From Castellaniella sp. (GTDB taxonomy: Bacteria; Pseudomonadota; Gammaproteobacteria; Burkholderiales; Burkholderiaceae_B): a stretch of DNA of 42,647 nt. The notes beneath the pieces are model-generated. The model did no database searches and was not told where the DNA came from. It was given only the letters and a program-made list of their open reading frames with translations. Location of the stretch: the NCBI GenBank assembly GCA_035572875.1, contig DATNAI010000108.1, forward strand, positions 1 through 42,647. Direction: 5' to 3'. Both the position numbers and the translations under genes were made by a program. Shown here piece after piece: positions 20,225 through 30,690 of this stretch. Every line of letters starts with the position of its first letter. Within the stretch, counting starts at the first letter, position 1.

Positions 20225-21156
20225 GGCGCTATCCCCCATTGGAAGGGATCGTCGTCCTGCAGGATCAGGGTGGTCTCGGCGCTGATATGGGCGTTTCCTC
20301 GAATCGTTGGGATGATGGTGCCGTCCTCGCCGGGCTCATAGCTGGCCTGGAAAAGACTGCCGATGGTGCTGGCCTGGCGCCACACGGCGCCGGGGGCCAG
20401 CTTGCCGTCGGCGGCGAGGCAGGCCAGCTTGGCGCTCGTGCCCGTGCCGCAGGGCGAACGGTCGTAGGCCTTGCCCGGGCACAACACGAAGTTGCGGCTG
20501 TCGGCCTGTGCGTCGGGTCCGAACAGCTCGATGTGATCGATGCGCCCGCCGTCGCGCCCGCGGATGCCCTGATCCTCGAGCGCCCGGCCGATGGCGGCCG
20601 TATATTCCGTCAGCTCGGCCCGGTCGGCACCGGGGACCACACGGTCCGGCGCGTCCACCAGAAAGAACCAGTTGCCGCCCCAGGCGATGTCGCCGGTCGC
20701 GGCGCCGTATCCCGGCACCTGGACCGTCACAGCTTTTTGGTAGCGGTACGCCGGTACGTTGCGCACGCTCACCGAGCCGTCCTGGTGCAGCGTGGCCGTC
20801 ACTGTGCCGACGGGGGTCTCGATGCGATGGACCCCTGGCCGGATGCGTCCCAGGTAGGCCAGGGACACCAGCAGGCCGATGGTGCCGTGGCCGCACATCC
20901 CGAGGTAGCCTGAATTGTTGAAGAAGATCACGCCGGCTGTCGCCGACGGGTCCTGCGGCGTGCAGAGCAGGGCGCCCACGATGACATCGCTGCCGCGCGG
21001 CTCCAGGATCACGGTCTTGCGCCAGTCGTCGTGGCGTTCAGACAGCAGCGCGCGCCGTTCGCTCATGGTGCCGTGGCCCAGGTCGGGAAATCCGTCCAGG
21101 ATCAGGCGGGTGGGTTCGCCGCCGGTATGAGAATCCAGCAAGGAAATGCGTTTCAT
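20221..21156 (-). CDS. 4-hydroxyproline 2-epimerase (proline racemase family, Cys/Cys type)
   Basis: [38 protein letters not shown]; start MKRISLL overlaps the upstream stop. Confidence 0.92.
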   Translation of the reverse strand: MKRISLLDSHTGGEPTRLILDGFPDLGHGTMSERRALLSERHDDWRKTVILEPRGSDVIVGALLCTPQDPSATAGVIFFNNSGYLGMCGHGTIGLLVSLAYLGRIRPGVHRIETPVGTVTATLHQDGSVSVRNVPAYRYQKAVTVQVPGYGAATGDIAWGGNWFFLVDAPDRVVPGADRAELTEYTAAIGRALEDQGIRGRDGGRIDHIELFGPDAQADSRNFVLCPGKAYDRSPCGTGTSAKLACLAADGKLAPGAVWRQASTIGSLFQASYEPGEDGTIIPTIRGNAHISAETTLILQDDDPFQWGIAP

Positions 21157-22421
21157 CGGAGGTCCTTGAACAAAGAGAAGCGCGTGGGGCGATAGGGATG
21201 CAGGTCGATCGCCGGCACCCGGCCGGTTGCCAAGTCGCAGACCAGGCGGCCGGTGGCGGCGGACTGGGTCAGTCCCAGGTGGCCGTGGCCAAACGCATAG
21301 AGAAAGGCCGGATGGCGTGACGCCGGACCGATCACGGGCAGAGAGTCGGGCAGACTGGGCCGAAAGCCCATCCACTGCTGTCCGCCTTCGGTGCGCAACC
21401 CCGGCAGGAATGCCTTGGCCTTGTCCAGCATGGCCTGCGCGCGGCGGTAATCGGGCGCCCGCTTCAGGCCGGCGAGTTCGACGGCACCGCCGATCCGGAT
21501 GCCGCAGGTCAACGGCGAGATGACGAAGCCGTGGTCCGCGAACGTGATTTGCCGGTGCAGATCCAGCGCGTCGGGCGGCAGCGTCGTGTTGTAGCCGCGT
21601 TCGGTTTCCAGCGGGATGGCATCGCCGAGCTGGCGCGTCAGGTGGTGCGACCATGCGCCGGCCGCAATCACGATCTGGCGCGCCTCGATGACGTTGCCGT
21701 CTTCCAGCGTGATGCGGCCACCCTGGGGAGTCGGGCTGAGCTGGCGGGCCGCGCCGCGGACCAGGCGGGCTCCATGCGCAAGCGCATGGTCGGCGATGTC
21801 CTGCGTCAGCTGCAGTGGGTCATCGATATTGCGCCAGTTGGGGATGTGGATACCGTGAGTGAATCGTGGCGAAAGGCCGGGCTGGAACGCCGCAAGTTCG
21901 GAACCCTGCAGCGGCTGGCTTACGATGCCGTGCTTTGCGCGTTCCCGGACGACTTCCTGCGCAATGGAAAATCGGTCGGCGCCTTCGTAGACTTCCAGCA
22001 TGCCCTGCGTGTGCAGATGCCGGTCCAGGCCCGTGCGGCCCATCATGGCGAGCATTTCGGTTTGGGCCAGCGACATCAGCGATACCTGCGACTGGACGTT
22101 TGCCTGGTAGTGACCGGGCCAACTGGCACGCCAGAGGCGCAGCAGCCAGGGCGCAATGCGGGGAAGGTAGGCGGGCGGCAGGCTCAGCGGTCCCATCGGA
22201 TCGCGCATCCAGTGCAGGGCCTTGCGGATGATGCGTGGCGAAGCCAGCGGCAGGATTTCGGCGAAGGCGAGGCCCCCGGCGTTGCCGCGGCTGGCGCCGC
22301 TGGCAATATCGGTGCGTTCGATCAGCACCACGTCCAGGCCGGCTTCCCGCAGGTACACCGCGCAAGTGGCGCCAATGACGCCGCCACCGATGATGGCGAT
22401 TTCGCAGCTAGATGTGGCCAT
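21153..22421 (-). CDS. DadA-family FAD oxidoreductase, probably D-hydroxyproline dehydrogenase
   Basis: [44 protein letters not shown]; coupled to the epimerase. Confidence 0.85.
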   Translation of the reverse strand: MATSSCEIAIIGGGVIGATCAVYLREAGLDVVLIERTDIASGASRGNAGGLAFAEILPLASPRIIRKALHWMRDPMGPLSLPPAYLPRIAPWLLRLWRASWPGHYQANVQSQVSLMSLAQTEMLAMMGRTGLDRHLHTQGMLEVYEGADRFSIAQEVVRERAKHGIVSQPLQGSELAAFQPGLSPRFTHGIHIPNWRNIDDPLQLTQDIADHALAHGARLVRGAARQLSPTPQGGRITLEDGNVIEARQIVIAAGAWSHHLTRQLGDAIPLETERGYNTTLPPDALDLHRQITFADHGFVISPLTCGIRIGGAVELAGLKRAPDYRRAQAMLDKAKAFLPGLRTEGGQQWMGFRPSLPDSLPVIGPASRHPAFLYAFGHGHLGLTQSAATGRLVCDLATGRVPAIDLHPYRPTRFSLFKDLR

Positions 22422-22469
22422 GGGATTCTGGATCGGGGTGTTCCGACTATGATTCCACAGTGGCGCTAA

Positions 22470-22486
22470 ATATGCAATGAATATAT
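22470..22486. promoter_or_regulatory. Second ATATG-N7-TATAT operator candidate
   Basis: ATATGCAATGAATATAT, 48 nt upstream of the oxidoreductase start, overlapping a possible -35 TTGCAT on the minus strand. Confidence 0.55.
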
Positions 22487-22514
22487 CTAAGCTGGGGCGA
22501 GCCCGTGTCGCCTG

Positions 22515-23252
22515 TCATTCGTTGCCCCAGCGGCGAGCGATAACGGCCCGTTCCAGCACGCCGATGAACTGCTGGATGGTGATCTGGCGGTTGCCAGGGA
22601 GATTGAAGAAGCGGAACGCGACGGCGTGCAGCGGCTTGCCGTTTTCCTGGATGAGCTGGGCGTGGCGCAGCAGCCGCAGGCTCACGTCCACCGGGTCGGC
22701 GCCGGGCAGATCGAGAGTGCAGTCCGGCAGGATGGTGCCGATATCCATTTTGGAGAGGAGTCCCTCCGGGTCGGCCAGGCGGACCCCGCCCGCACTCAGA
22801 TCCAGCATGCGAAAGCGCGCTCGGCCCGACGGCAGCAGCCGATCTTCGATCAGGCAGTCCGCAGGGTTGCTGGGGGGGATGTCCACTCGAAAGGAGTCGC
22901 GCCGCTGCATGCGGCGGATCCTCGTGGGGGCGGCCATCGAGAGTGCGGCGCGACCGCCGTGCTGGGCGGGTGACAGTGGGCCGGAAAATTCGATCATCAC
23001 GCGGTCCAGCGTGCCCTGAAGGCGGACCGACCGCGCCCGCAGAAGCTGGGCGTTGACCTCGTCCTCGGATGCGTTGTCCAGCAGCACCGCCCCGGTTCTC
23101 TTGTCGAGGGCGAGCAGTGTGGAAATGATGGAAGCGGTGTGGCCCGGGACATCCAGGCGCACCAGCGTGCGCTTGTTCAGCAGCCCGTTCAGGATGGCCT
23201 GGATCTGCAGCGGCTGCGAGACGGCAAAGGGATCGTCTTCCTGAAAAGCCAT
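22515..23252 (-). CDS. ycgR: Flagellar brake protein (YcgR-N + PilZ)
   Basis: PilZ motifs QRRDSFRV (RxxxR) and DLSAGG (DxSxxG); YcgR-like N-domain; start MAFQEDDPF. Confidence 0.88.
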   Translation of the reverse strand: MAFQEDDPFAVSQPLQIQAILNGLLNKRTLVRLDVPGHTASIISTLLALDKRTGAVLLDNASEDEVNAQLLRARSVRLQGTLDRVMIEFSGPLSPAQHGGRAALSMAAPTRIRRMQRRDSFRVDIPPSNPADCLIEDRLLPSGRARFRMLDLSAGGVRLADPEGLLSKMDIGTILPDCTLDLPGADPVDVSLRLLRHAQLIQENGKPLHAVAFRFFNLPGNRQITIQQFIGVLERAVIARRWGNE

Positions 23253-23359
23253 GGCAGGTAAGAATTCGTTGCAATACTTCAGTGTAAACGATCCGGCACT
23301 GGAGAAAGAGCCCCGGATCATCAGGGAAAATCATAGCTGCCGGAGGCAATCCCGACGCA

Positions 23360-24796
23360 CTATTCCAATGCCTTGACCATGTCCTCCAGCACCTTCTTGG
23401 CGTCGCCGAACACCATCATGGTCTTGTCCATGTAGAACAGCTCGTTCTCCAGGCCGGCATACCCGGTGGCCATGGAGCGCTTGTTGACGATCACCGTGCG
23501 GGCCTTGTAGGCCTCCAGGATGGGCATGCCCGAGATGGGCGAATTGGGATCGTTCTTGGCGGCGGGGTTGACCACGTCGTTGGCACCCATGACCAGGACC
23601 ACGTCGGTCTGGCCGAATTCGCCGTTGATGTCATCCATTTCGAAGACCTGATCGTACGGGACCTCCGCCTCGGCGAGCAGCACGTTCATGTGTCCGGGCA
23701 TGCGCCCCGCAACGGGGTGGATCGCGTATTTCACCGTCACGCCCTGTTCGCCCAATTTGGCGGCGAGTTCCTTCAGCGCGTGCTGGGCACGCGCCACGGC
23801 CAGCCCGTATCCCGGCACGATAGTGACGGACTCCGCGTTGCTCATGAGGAAGGCCGCGTCGTCGGGGCTGCCGGACTTGACGCTGCGCTGGGTCTCGTCG
23901 TGCGCGCCCGCGGCCGACGGTTCAGCGCCGAATCCGCCCAGGATCACGTTGAAGAAGGACCGGTTCATGGCCTTGCACATGATGTAGGACAGGATGGCGC
24001 CCGAGGATCCCACCAGCGAACCCGCAATGATGAGCATGGGGTTTTCGAGCGAGAACCCGATGCCGGCCGCCGCCCACCCGGAGTAGCTGTTCAGCATCGA
24101 GATCACCACCGGCATGTCGGCGCCGCCGATCGGGATGATGATGAGCACCCCCAGCGCGAAGGCGATGGCTGCCATCAGCACATAAGGCAACCAGGACTGC
24201 GTGGCCATGAACCACAGGCCACAGGCGATCATCACCACGGCCAGCAGCAGGTTGAGCGGGTGCTGCCCGGGGAATACCACCGGTGCACCCCGGAAGAGCC
24301 GGAACTTGTATTTGCCCGACAGCTTTCCGAAGGCGATCACCGATCCGGAGAAGGTGATCGCCCCCACGAAGGTGCCGATGAACAGTTCCAGCCGATTGCC
24401 CACCGGGATGGGCGTGCCGGCTGCCGCGATGCCGAAGGCATGGGGTTCGGCCACGACCGCGACGGCAATCGCGACGGCCGCCAGGCCGATCATGCTGTGC
24501 ATGAAGGCGATCAGTTCCGGCATCTTGGTCATCTCGACCTTGCGGGCCAGCAGCGTGCCTACGCTGCCGCCCACCAGCAGCCCCAGCAGGATGCGCCCAA
24601 GGCCCAGTGCCACGGTGCCCTCTCGTGCCAGGCCGATGATGAGCGCGGCCGTAGTCAGGATGGCAATGACCATGCCGATCATTCCGAAGAGGTTGCCGCG
24701 GCGCGAGGTCGTCGGGTGCGACAGGCCTTTCAGCGCCTGGATGAAGCAGACCGATGCGACCAGGTAAAGCAGCGTGACCAGATTGGCGGAGATCAT
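23360..24796 (-). CDS. pntB: NAD(P) transhydrogenase subunit beta
   Basis: IGGADMPVV, NSYSG, VPGYGLAVARAQH, HPVAGRMPGHMNVLLAEA, GANDVVNP. Confidence 0.97.
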   Translation of the reverse strand: MISANLVTLLYLVASVCFIQALKGLSHPTTSRRGNLFGMIGMVIAILTTAALIIGLAREGTVALGLGRILLGLLVGGSVGTLLARKVEMTKMPELIAFMHSMIGLAAVAIAVAVVAEPHAFGIAAAGTPIPVGNRLELFIGTFVGAITFSGSVIAFGKLSGKYKFRLFRGAPVVFPGQHPLNLLLAVVMIACGLWFMATQSWLPYVLMAAIAFALGVLIIIPIGGADMPVVISMLNSYSGWAAAGIGFSLENPMLIIAGSLVGSSGAILSYIMCKAMNRSFFNVILGGFGAEPSAAGAHDETQRSVKSGSPDDAAFLMSNAESVTIVPGYGLAVARAQHALKELAAKLGEQGVTVKYAIHPVAGRMPGHMNVLLAEAEVPYDQVFEMDDINGEFGQTDVVLVMGANDVVNPAAKNDPNSPISGMPILEAYKARTVIVNKRSMATGYAGLENELFYMDKTMMVFGDAKKVLEDMVKALE

Positions 24797-25101
24797 GCCG
24801 GGCCTCCCTTGCGGTCCTTTTTCTTGAACATCTGCAGCATGCGCTGCGTCACCAGGAACCCGCCGAAGACGTTCACGGCGGCCAGCGCGACGGCGATCGT
24901 TCCCATGGACTGCGCCAAGCCGCCGTCTGTGAGGGCGGCCGCCAGCATGGCGCCGACGATGACGATCGCCGAAATGGCGTTGGTGACCGCCATGAGCGGC
25001 GTGTGCAGGGCGGGCGTTACGTTCCAGACGACGTGGAAGCCCACGTAGACCGCCAGTACGAAGATGATGATGTTGACGAGGGTGGGATTGACCGCTTCCA
25101 T
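24793..25101 (-). CDS. pntAB: NAD(P) transhydrogenase subunit alpha part 2 (membrane)
   Basis: VTPALHTPLMAVTNAIS and NVFGGFLVTQRMLQMF; overlaps both neighbours. Confidence 0.95.
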   Translation of the reverse strand: MEAVNPTLVNIIIFVLAVYVGFHVVWNVTPALHTPLMAVTNAISAIVIVGAMLAAALTDGGLAQSMGTIAVALAAVNVFGGFLVTQRMLQMFKKKDRKGGPA

Positions 25102-26219
25102 CAGGCGCTCCTCAGGACTTGGCCGTCCTGGCAGACCAGGCAGGCTTTGACAATGTCGTCGTCGGGCGGGATGGCCAGGCCGCCTTCGGCGTCGATGATG
25201 AGTTTCAGGAAATCCAGCACATTGCGCGCGTAGAGGGCGGAAGCGTCTGTCGCCAGCAGGGCTGGCAGGTTGGTAAGCCCGATGACGGTGACGCCCTGGT
25301 GTTCGGTGATTTCGCCGGCCACCGAGAGCGGGCAATTGCCGCCGCGCTCGACGGCCAGGTCCACGACCACCGAACCGGGCTTCATTGATGCGACGGTGTC
25401 GGCCTGGATCAGCGTGGGGGCCGGACGTCCCGGAATCAGGGCTGTGGTGATGACAATGTCGGCCTGCTTGCAGCGTTCGGCCACCAGCTGGCCCTGGCGC
25501 GCCATCCAGGCCGCCGGCATGGCGCGGGCGTAGCCGCCGGTACCCTGTGCGATTTCGCGTTCTTCATCGGTCTCGAACGGCACGTCGATGAACTTCCCGC
25601 CCAGCGACTCGACCTGTTCGCGTGCCGCCGGGCGCACGTCCGACGCTTCGACCACCGCCCCCAGGCGCCGTGCCGTGGCGATGGCCTGCAGGCCCGCCAC
25701 ACCGGCACCCAGCACGACGACGCGCGCGGCCTTCAGGGTACCCGCAGCCGTCATCAGCATCGGGAAGATGCGCCCGTAGTGGTGCGCCGCCAACAGGACC
25801 GCCTTGTAGCCCGCCAGGTTGGCTTGCGAGGACAGCACGTCCATGCTCTGAGCCCGGGTCGTGCGCGGGGCCGCTTCCAGCGCAAACGCCGTCAGCCGGG
25901 CATCGGCCAGGGTGCGCAGTCCGTCGGTGTCGTATGGATCCAGCATTCCCACCAAGGCTTGGCCGGGCCGCATGTTGGTCAGTTCGCCCGACGTCGGCCG
26001 GCGGACTTTCAGGATCAGCGGACAGGCCAGGGCGCCGGCTGCATCGGTAAGTGTGGCACCGGCCTGCTCATAGTCGGCATCCGGATAACGCGCAGGTGCG
26101 CCTGCGCCGCGCTCCACGAGCACGGAATGGTCCGCCTTGATCAGCTTCTTCACGGTCTCTGGCGTCGCCGCCACCCGGGTCTCGCCCGGCACTGTTTCGC
26201 GCGGGATGCCTATCTGCAT
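25101..26219 (-). CDS. pntAA: NAD(P) transhydrogenase subunit alpha part 1
   Basis: GETRVAATP, RAQSMDVLSSQAN, GAGVAGLQAI, TTALIPGRPAP. Confidence 0.96.
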   Translation of the reverse strand: MQIGIPRETVPGETRVAATPETVKKLIKADHSVLVERGAGAPARYPDADYEQAGATLTDAAGALACPLILKVRRPTSGELTNMRPGQALVGMLDPYDTDGLRTLADARLTAFALEAAPRTTRAQSMDVLSSQANLAGYKAVLLAAHHYGRIFPMLMTAAGTLKAARVVVLGAGVAGLQAIATARRLGAVVEASDVRPAAREQVESLGGKFIDVPFETDEEREIAQGTGGYARAMPAAWMARQGQLVAERCKQADIVITTALIPGRPAPTLIQADTVASMKPGSVVVDLAVERGGNCPLSVAGEITEHQGVTVIGLTNLPALLATDASALYARNVLDFLKLIIDAEGGLAIPPDDDIVKACLVCQDGQVLRSA

Positions 26220-26486
26220 GGTGCGCTCCGGGAGGGGAACATCGGCGTGGACGGCATGAAGGCCTCCTCTTTGAGTGCCTGTGATTTAATTTCTGCTTGT
26301 TTCCGTATAACAGAATTTCGCCGCCAAAGTCCGAATGTGCCGGCAGCGCCATTTCGAAATGGTCCTTATTCGCAACAGAATGCTGCAGCCGCGGCGGTTG
26401 GGTCCACGAGGGCGTTTGGCATGGGTTAGCATTCGGTTTATCGTCCGTGCACAGCGCGGAGTGCCGATTTCAACGCAGGATCCACC

Positions 26487-29069
26487 ATGAATGTCTGGTT
26501 GAAGCGGGTGTTGTTCGGTCTTGTCATCGCGCTCATCATCGCGGTGGTGGGCCTGGCAATCTTCCTGCTGACCTTCAATCCCAACGCCTACAAGTCCAAG
26601 CTCGAAGATCTGGTCTACGCCCGCTATGGCCGCACGCTGACCATTGAAGGCGATATCGGCCTGTCGCTGTTTCCGCGTATCGGCCTGTCGGTCAAGGACG
26701 TGTCCCTGTCCAATCGCGGCAGCAAGGATCTGTTCGTATCGGTCGACAGCGCGCGCTTTGCGGTTGCCATCTGGCCGCTGCTGTCGAATCGGCTGGTGGT
26801 GGACCACGTGGCCATCAGCGGACTCAAGGCGTGGGTGGTGCGCAGCCCCAAGGGTCGCTTCAATTTCGACGATCTGCTGGAGAATCGCCGCCCGGTCCCT
26901 CGGGCTGTCGGGACGACGGCGGCCTTGGCGGGAGCCCTGGCCGCGCCCGTTGCGGGCGCCGATGATTCGGACCTGAACATCGACATTGCCGGCCTGGAAC
27001 TGAAAGGCGGCCAGATCCATTACCACGACTTGCGCGACGGCGTGTCCACCACACTGACCGGCATCGAGGCCAATACGGGGCGCGTGACCTATGACCAGCC
27101 GTTCGACGTGGCCATCAGGGCGACCCTGAAGGGCGACGATCCTGTACAGGACGCCAAGCTGGATGCCCAGGCGCTGCTGCGCCTCAATCCGGGCGGACGG
27201 GGCTACTCGGCGCAAAAGATCAGCGTGCAGCTCGCCGGTCGCCTCGGCAACCTGAATCAGGCGCGTGCGACGCTGAAGGGCAATGTGGCTTTTGAGGGCC
27301 GCGCGCACGATTTCTCGGCCGGCAACCTGGAACTCGCGATCGCGGGTGATATCGTGGGTGCGCATCCCATCCAGGGACTGCAGGCCAGCCTGTCCGCCAG
27401 CCAATTGCGGCTGGACTCCCGCAATGCTGAACTGAAGGTTTCCAAGCTGGCGCTGCGGGCTTCCGGCAAGGACCAGGGGCGTGCCCTGGAACTCGCGCTG
27501 GACGCGCCGTCACTGGCCATTTCGCCGGACTCCGCCAAGGGCGACCCCGTGACGGGGACCTTCAAATGGACGGGTAGCGATACGCTGGCCATGTCGCTCA
27601 AGCTGGATGGCCTGTCGGGCAACGCGACGGAATGGCAGCTCCGGTCGGTGGACCTGGACGGCAATCTGACGCAGGGCAAACGCCTGCTGCGCCTGAAGCT
27701 GACCTCGCCGCTTTCCTGGAACAGCAGCCTGCGCAAGGGGACGCTCTCCGCCATCAAGGGGGATATCGCGATCCAGGACCAGGAGTTGCCCCAGGGCGGC
27801 TACGAGGCTCCCATGATTGGCAGCGTGCATGTGGACTTGGTGCGCGACATAGTGGATGCCGATCTGAATGCCGTGGTCGACGGCGGGCAGGCCGCCTTCA
27901 AGGCCCAGGTGACGCAGTTGTCCCAGCCCGCGCCCGCGGTCGACTTCTCGTTCGGCACGGAAAAGCTGGACTTGAATCGCTGGCTGCCGGTGCCTCCGGG
28001 GGCGATCAAGGTCCAGACTCCTTCGAAGAGCGGCGAATCCAAGCCCGATGACAAGGCCAAGCCCGAGCCCAAGCCTGCCGCCGCGCCCGCCAAGGCGCCC
28101 GTGCCCGTGGGTTTTGACTGGTCTTTCCTGAAGGGGCGGAACATCCATGGAACGGTGAAGATCGGCGATTTGCGCGTCCGCGATGTCCAGCTGACCGGTC
28201 TCAGCGCCCAGGCCGATGTGCAGAAAAACGCCCTCACGGTGTCCAAGCTGGCGGCGAAGCTCTATCAGGGTACGCTCAGCGGTCAGTTCACCGCCTCGAC
28301 CGATCAGACACTGGGACTGCACCTGGCGCTGGACAAAGTCTCCGTGGCACCCCTCCTGCAGGCGCTGGGTACACAGGGTTCGCTGTCGGGGCTGGCCGAC
28401 GCCCAGATTGACCTGACCGCCCAGGGTACGACGGTCCCGATCCTCGAAAAGTCGCTCGCCGGAAAAGCCGCCTGGCAGATTCGCGACGGAGCCGTGCACG
28501 GTCTGGATGCTACACAGACGCTTTCCGACGTGGCTGGGGCTCTGGGCAATGTGCTCAAAGGGCGGCTGGATGCGGTGCCGTCGCCGTTCCAGAAGGGGCG
28601 CAGCACTGCCTTCACCAGCCTGGACGGGCATATCGACCTGAAAGACGGTATCGGCACGCTGTCCAAGTTGGCGCTGGTGTCGCAGCTCGTGCACGTAACC
28701 GAAGGCAAGCCGGCCCGGGTCGACCTGCCGGCGCGCAGTCTGGACGTGCTGCTTCAGGTCCAGGTTGCGGCCCATCCGCCCAAGGTCCTGGCCACCCCGC
28801 TGGGTTCCCTGCTCGGGGCTACCATCCCGGTGCGGGTGTCGGGCCCATGGGCTGATCCCAAGTATGATGTCCTGTGGAGCGACGTCCATAATCAGACCAT
28901 CCAGCAGGCCCTGAAATCGGGACTGATGCAACTGCTTTCGGGCAAGGACCTCATCCAGCAGGCGCTCCCCGTGCCGGTGCCCGACGCCGAAACGCACCCC
29001 AAGCCTGGCTCCAAGGCCGACACGGTCGAGCGGTTGGGCAATGCGATAAAAGGCCTGCTGGGCCAATGA
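26487..29069 (+). CDS. asmA: AsmA family protein
   Basis: N-terminal TM followed by FNPNAYK, GDIGLSLFP and GRFNFDDL; beta-rich 860 aa. Confidence 0.85.
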   Translation: MNVWLKRVLFGLVIALIIAVVGLAIFLLTFNPNAYKSKLEDLVYARYGRTLTIEGDIGLSLFPRIGLSVKDVSLSNRGSKDLFVSVDSARFAVAIWPLLSNRLVVDHVAISGLKAWVVRSPKGRFNFDDLLENRRPVPRAVGTTAALAGALAAPVAGADDSDLNIDIAGLELKGGQIHYHDLRDGVSTTLTGIEANTGRVTYDQPFDVAIRATLKGDDPVQDAKLDAQALLRLNPGGRGYSAQKISVQLAGRLGNLNQARATLKGNVAFEGRAHDFSAGNLELAIAGDIVGAHPIQGLQASLSASQLRLDSRNAELKVSKLALRASGKDQGRALELALDAPSLAISPDSAKGDPVTGTFKWTGSDTLAMSLKLDGLSGNATEWQLRSVDLDGNLTQGKRLLRLKLTSPLSWNSSLRKGTLSAIKGDIAIQDQELPQGGYEAPMIGSVHVDLVRDIVDADLNAVVDGGQAAFKAQVTQLSQPAPAVDFSFGTEKLDLNRWLPVPPGAIKVQTPSKSGESKPDDKAKPEPKPAAAPAKAPVPVGFDWSFLKGRNIHGTVKIGDLRVRDVQLTGLSAQADVQKNALTVSKLAAKLYQGTLSGQFTASTDQTLGLHLALDKVSVAPLLQALGTQGSLSGLADAQIDLTAQGTTVPILEKSLAGKAAWQIRDGAVHGLDATQTLSDVAGALGNVLKGRLDAVPSPFQKGRSTAFTSLDGHIDLKDGIGTLSKLALVSQLVHVTEGKPARVDLPARSLDVLLQVQVAAHPPKVLATPLGSLLGATIPVRVSGPWADPKYDVLWSDVHNQTIQQALKSGLMQLLSGKDLIQQALPVPVPDAETHPKPGSKADTVERLGNAIKGLLGQ

Positions 29070-29082
29070 ACAGGAGATCAAG

Positions 29083-29466
29083 GTGACCGAATCTTTTCAT
29101 CCGATTGCCGGAGGCGCCGGGCTGGGGCAGGCCGGTGCTGGCGACTACGACCGCCGCTGGCTGCTGGTGGATGACGACAATGCCTGGCTGACGGGCAATC
29201 AGGCTCCCCGGCTGGGCGAGCTGGAGCTGTCGCTGCGATTTGGCTATCTGGTGATTCGCGCGCCCGGCATGCTTCGCCTGGACATTCCGCTGGATGTCAT
29301 CGAAGACGACGACAGCGTGGAACGCGTCGCACGCGTCGGCAATCAGGACGTGCGAGTGGTGGATGAAGGTGATCTGGCCGCCGCCTGGTTTGCAGAATGG
29401 CTGGGACAGCCCTGCCGCCTGATGAAAGTGCATCCCGAGGCCGCCCCGGTCGCCTGGGCCGTTTGA
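29083..29466 (+). CDS. MOSC N-terminal beta-barrel domain protein
   Basis: GTG start with AGGAG SD; YDRRWLLVD and AAAWFAEWLGQPCRL motifs; no C-terminal MOSC domain. Confidence 0.75.
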   Translation: MTESFHPIAGGAGLGQAGAGDYDRRWLLVDDDNAWLTGNQAPRLGELELSLRFGYLVIRAPGMLRLDIPLDVIEDDDSVERVARVGNQDVRVVDEGDLAAAWFAEWLGQPCRLMKVHPEAAPVAWAV

Positions 29467-29522
29467 GCGGGCTCGACCGGACCGGCCCCGCCCGGCCCGC
29501 GGGCGGACACGGCAGCCGGACG

Positions 29523-30035
29523 TCAGTCGCCCTGTTGTTGATCCTGCTGTTCCCTGAGCGCCTTGGCTTTGGTGTGCAGCCAGCGTTCCACCGACGGGAA
29601 GACGAACTTGCTGACGTCCCCGCCCAGGATGGCGATCTCACGCACGATGGTCCCCGAGATGAACTGGTATTGATCCGAAGGGGTCATGAACAGCGTTTCG
29701 ACCTCGGGCAGCAGGTGGCGGTTCATTCCCGCCATCTGGAATTCGTATTCGAAATCTGAAACGGCCCGTAGCCCGCGCACGATGACGCGGGCGCTCTGCT
29801 CGCGCACGAAGTCCTTCAGCAGGCCGCCGAAACTGCGGACCCGCACGTTGGGATAGTGGCCCAGGACTTCCTCGGCGATCTTCAGGCGCTCTTCCAGGGT
29901 GAAGAAAGGCCGCTTGTTCTGGCTTTGGGCAACCCCCACCACGACCTGATCGAACAAATTCGCGGCACGGCGTACAAGATCCTCGTGTCCGCGAGTCAAC
30001 GGGTCGAACGTGCCCGGATAGACGGCGGTAATCAT
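29523..30035 (-). CDS. coaD: Phosphopantetheine adenylyltransferase
   Basis: [24 protein letters not shown]. Confidence 0.97.
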   Translation of the reverse strand: MITAVYPGTFDPLTRGHEDLVRRAANLFDQVVVGVAQSQNKRPFFTLEERLKIAEEVLGHYPNVRVRSFGGLLKDFVREQSARVIVRGLRAVSDFEYEFQMAGMNRHLLPEVETLFMTPSDQYQFISGTIVREIAILGGDVSKFVFPSVERWLHTKAKALREQQDQQQGD

Positions 30036-30640
30036 GAGGCCTCCGTGATGTGTTTATTGCCATTATTCATGTTTTCTTGCGCCGCAGCAAACTTCAGCAG
30101 GTGGTAGTGGACCTGGCCGGCCCGGCCCTGCCGCAAGAGCTGCCAATCGCCCGGCGGTTCGGCCAGCGCAGTTTCGGCCTCCAGGTAAAGCAGGCCGCCC
30201 GGGCGCAGCGCCCGCCCCACCAGCGGCCACAGGCGTGGCAGCCACTGTTCGCCGAAAGGGGGATCCAGCAGGATCAGATCGAAGCTCGGCTCGGGCTGCT
30301 CCCGAAGGTACGTCAGGGCGTCGCCGGCGTGAATGTGGACGGAGGCAGCCTGGAGGCGTGATTGGACGGCTCGCAAGCCCGCCAGGGCGGCAGGCGCCCG
30401 TTCCACCATCTGGACGTGATCCACGCCGCGGGATGCGGCCTCGAATCCCAGCGCGCCGGTACCGGCAAACGGGTCCAGCACGCGGTGTCCGCCGAAAGAA
30501 CCGCCCCAGAAATGGGCCAGCCAATTGAATAGCGTCTCGCGCACACGATCAGGCGTGGGGCGCAGGTGTTCGCCTTCGGCGACGGCGATGACCGTGCGGC
30601 GAAAGCAACCGCCTACAATACGAATCTGATGCTTCTTCAT
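30032..30640 (-). CDS. rsmD: 16S rRNA m2G966 methyltransferase
   Basis: [41 protein letters not shown]. Confidence 0.95.
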   Translation of the reverse strand: MKKHQIRIVGGCFRRTVIAVAEGEHLRPTPDRVRETLFNWLAHFWGGSFGGHRVLDPFAGTGALGFEAASRGVDHVQMVERAPAALAGLRAVQSRLQAASVHIHAGDALTYLREQPEPSFDLILLDPPFGEQWLPRLWPLVGRALRPGGLLYLEAETALAEPPGDWQLLRQGRAGQVHYHLLKFAAAQENMNNGNKHITEAS

Positions 30641-30690
30641 GCGCCTGGCACGATGTCGGGCGTTGGCCGGAACCGTTCAGTGTAAAGCCT

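Noticed and set aside
23253-23359. Sigma28 promoter for ycgR
   Set aside because: No TAAA-N15-GCCGATAA match. The 11-mer TTCAGTGTAAA shared with 30676-30686 is more simply a TACACT -10 or chance.
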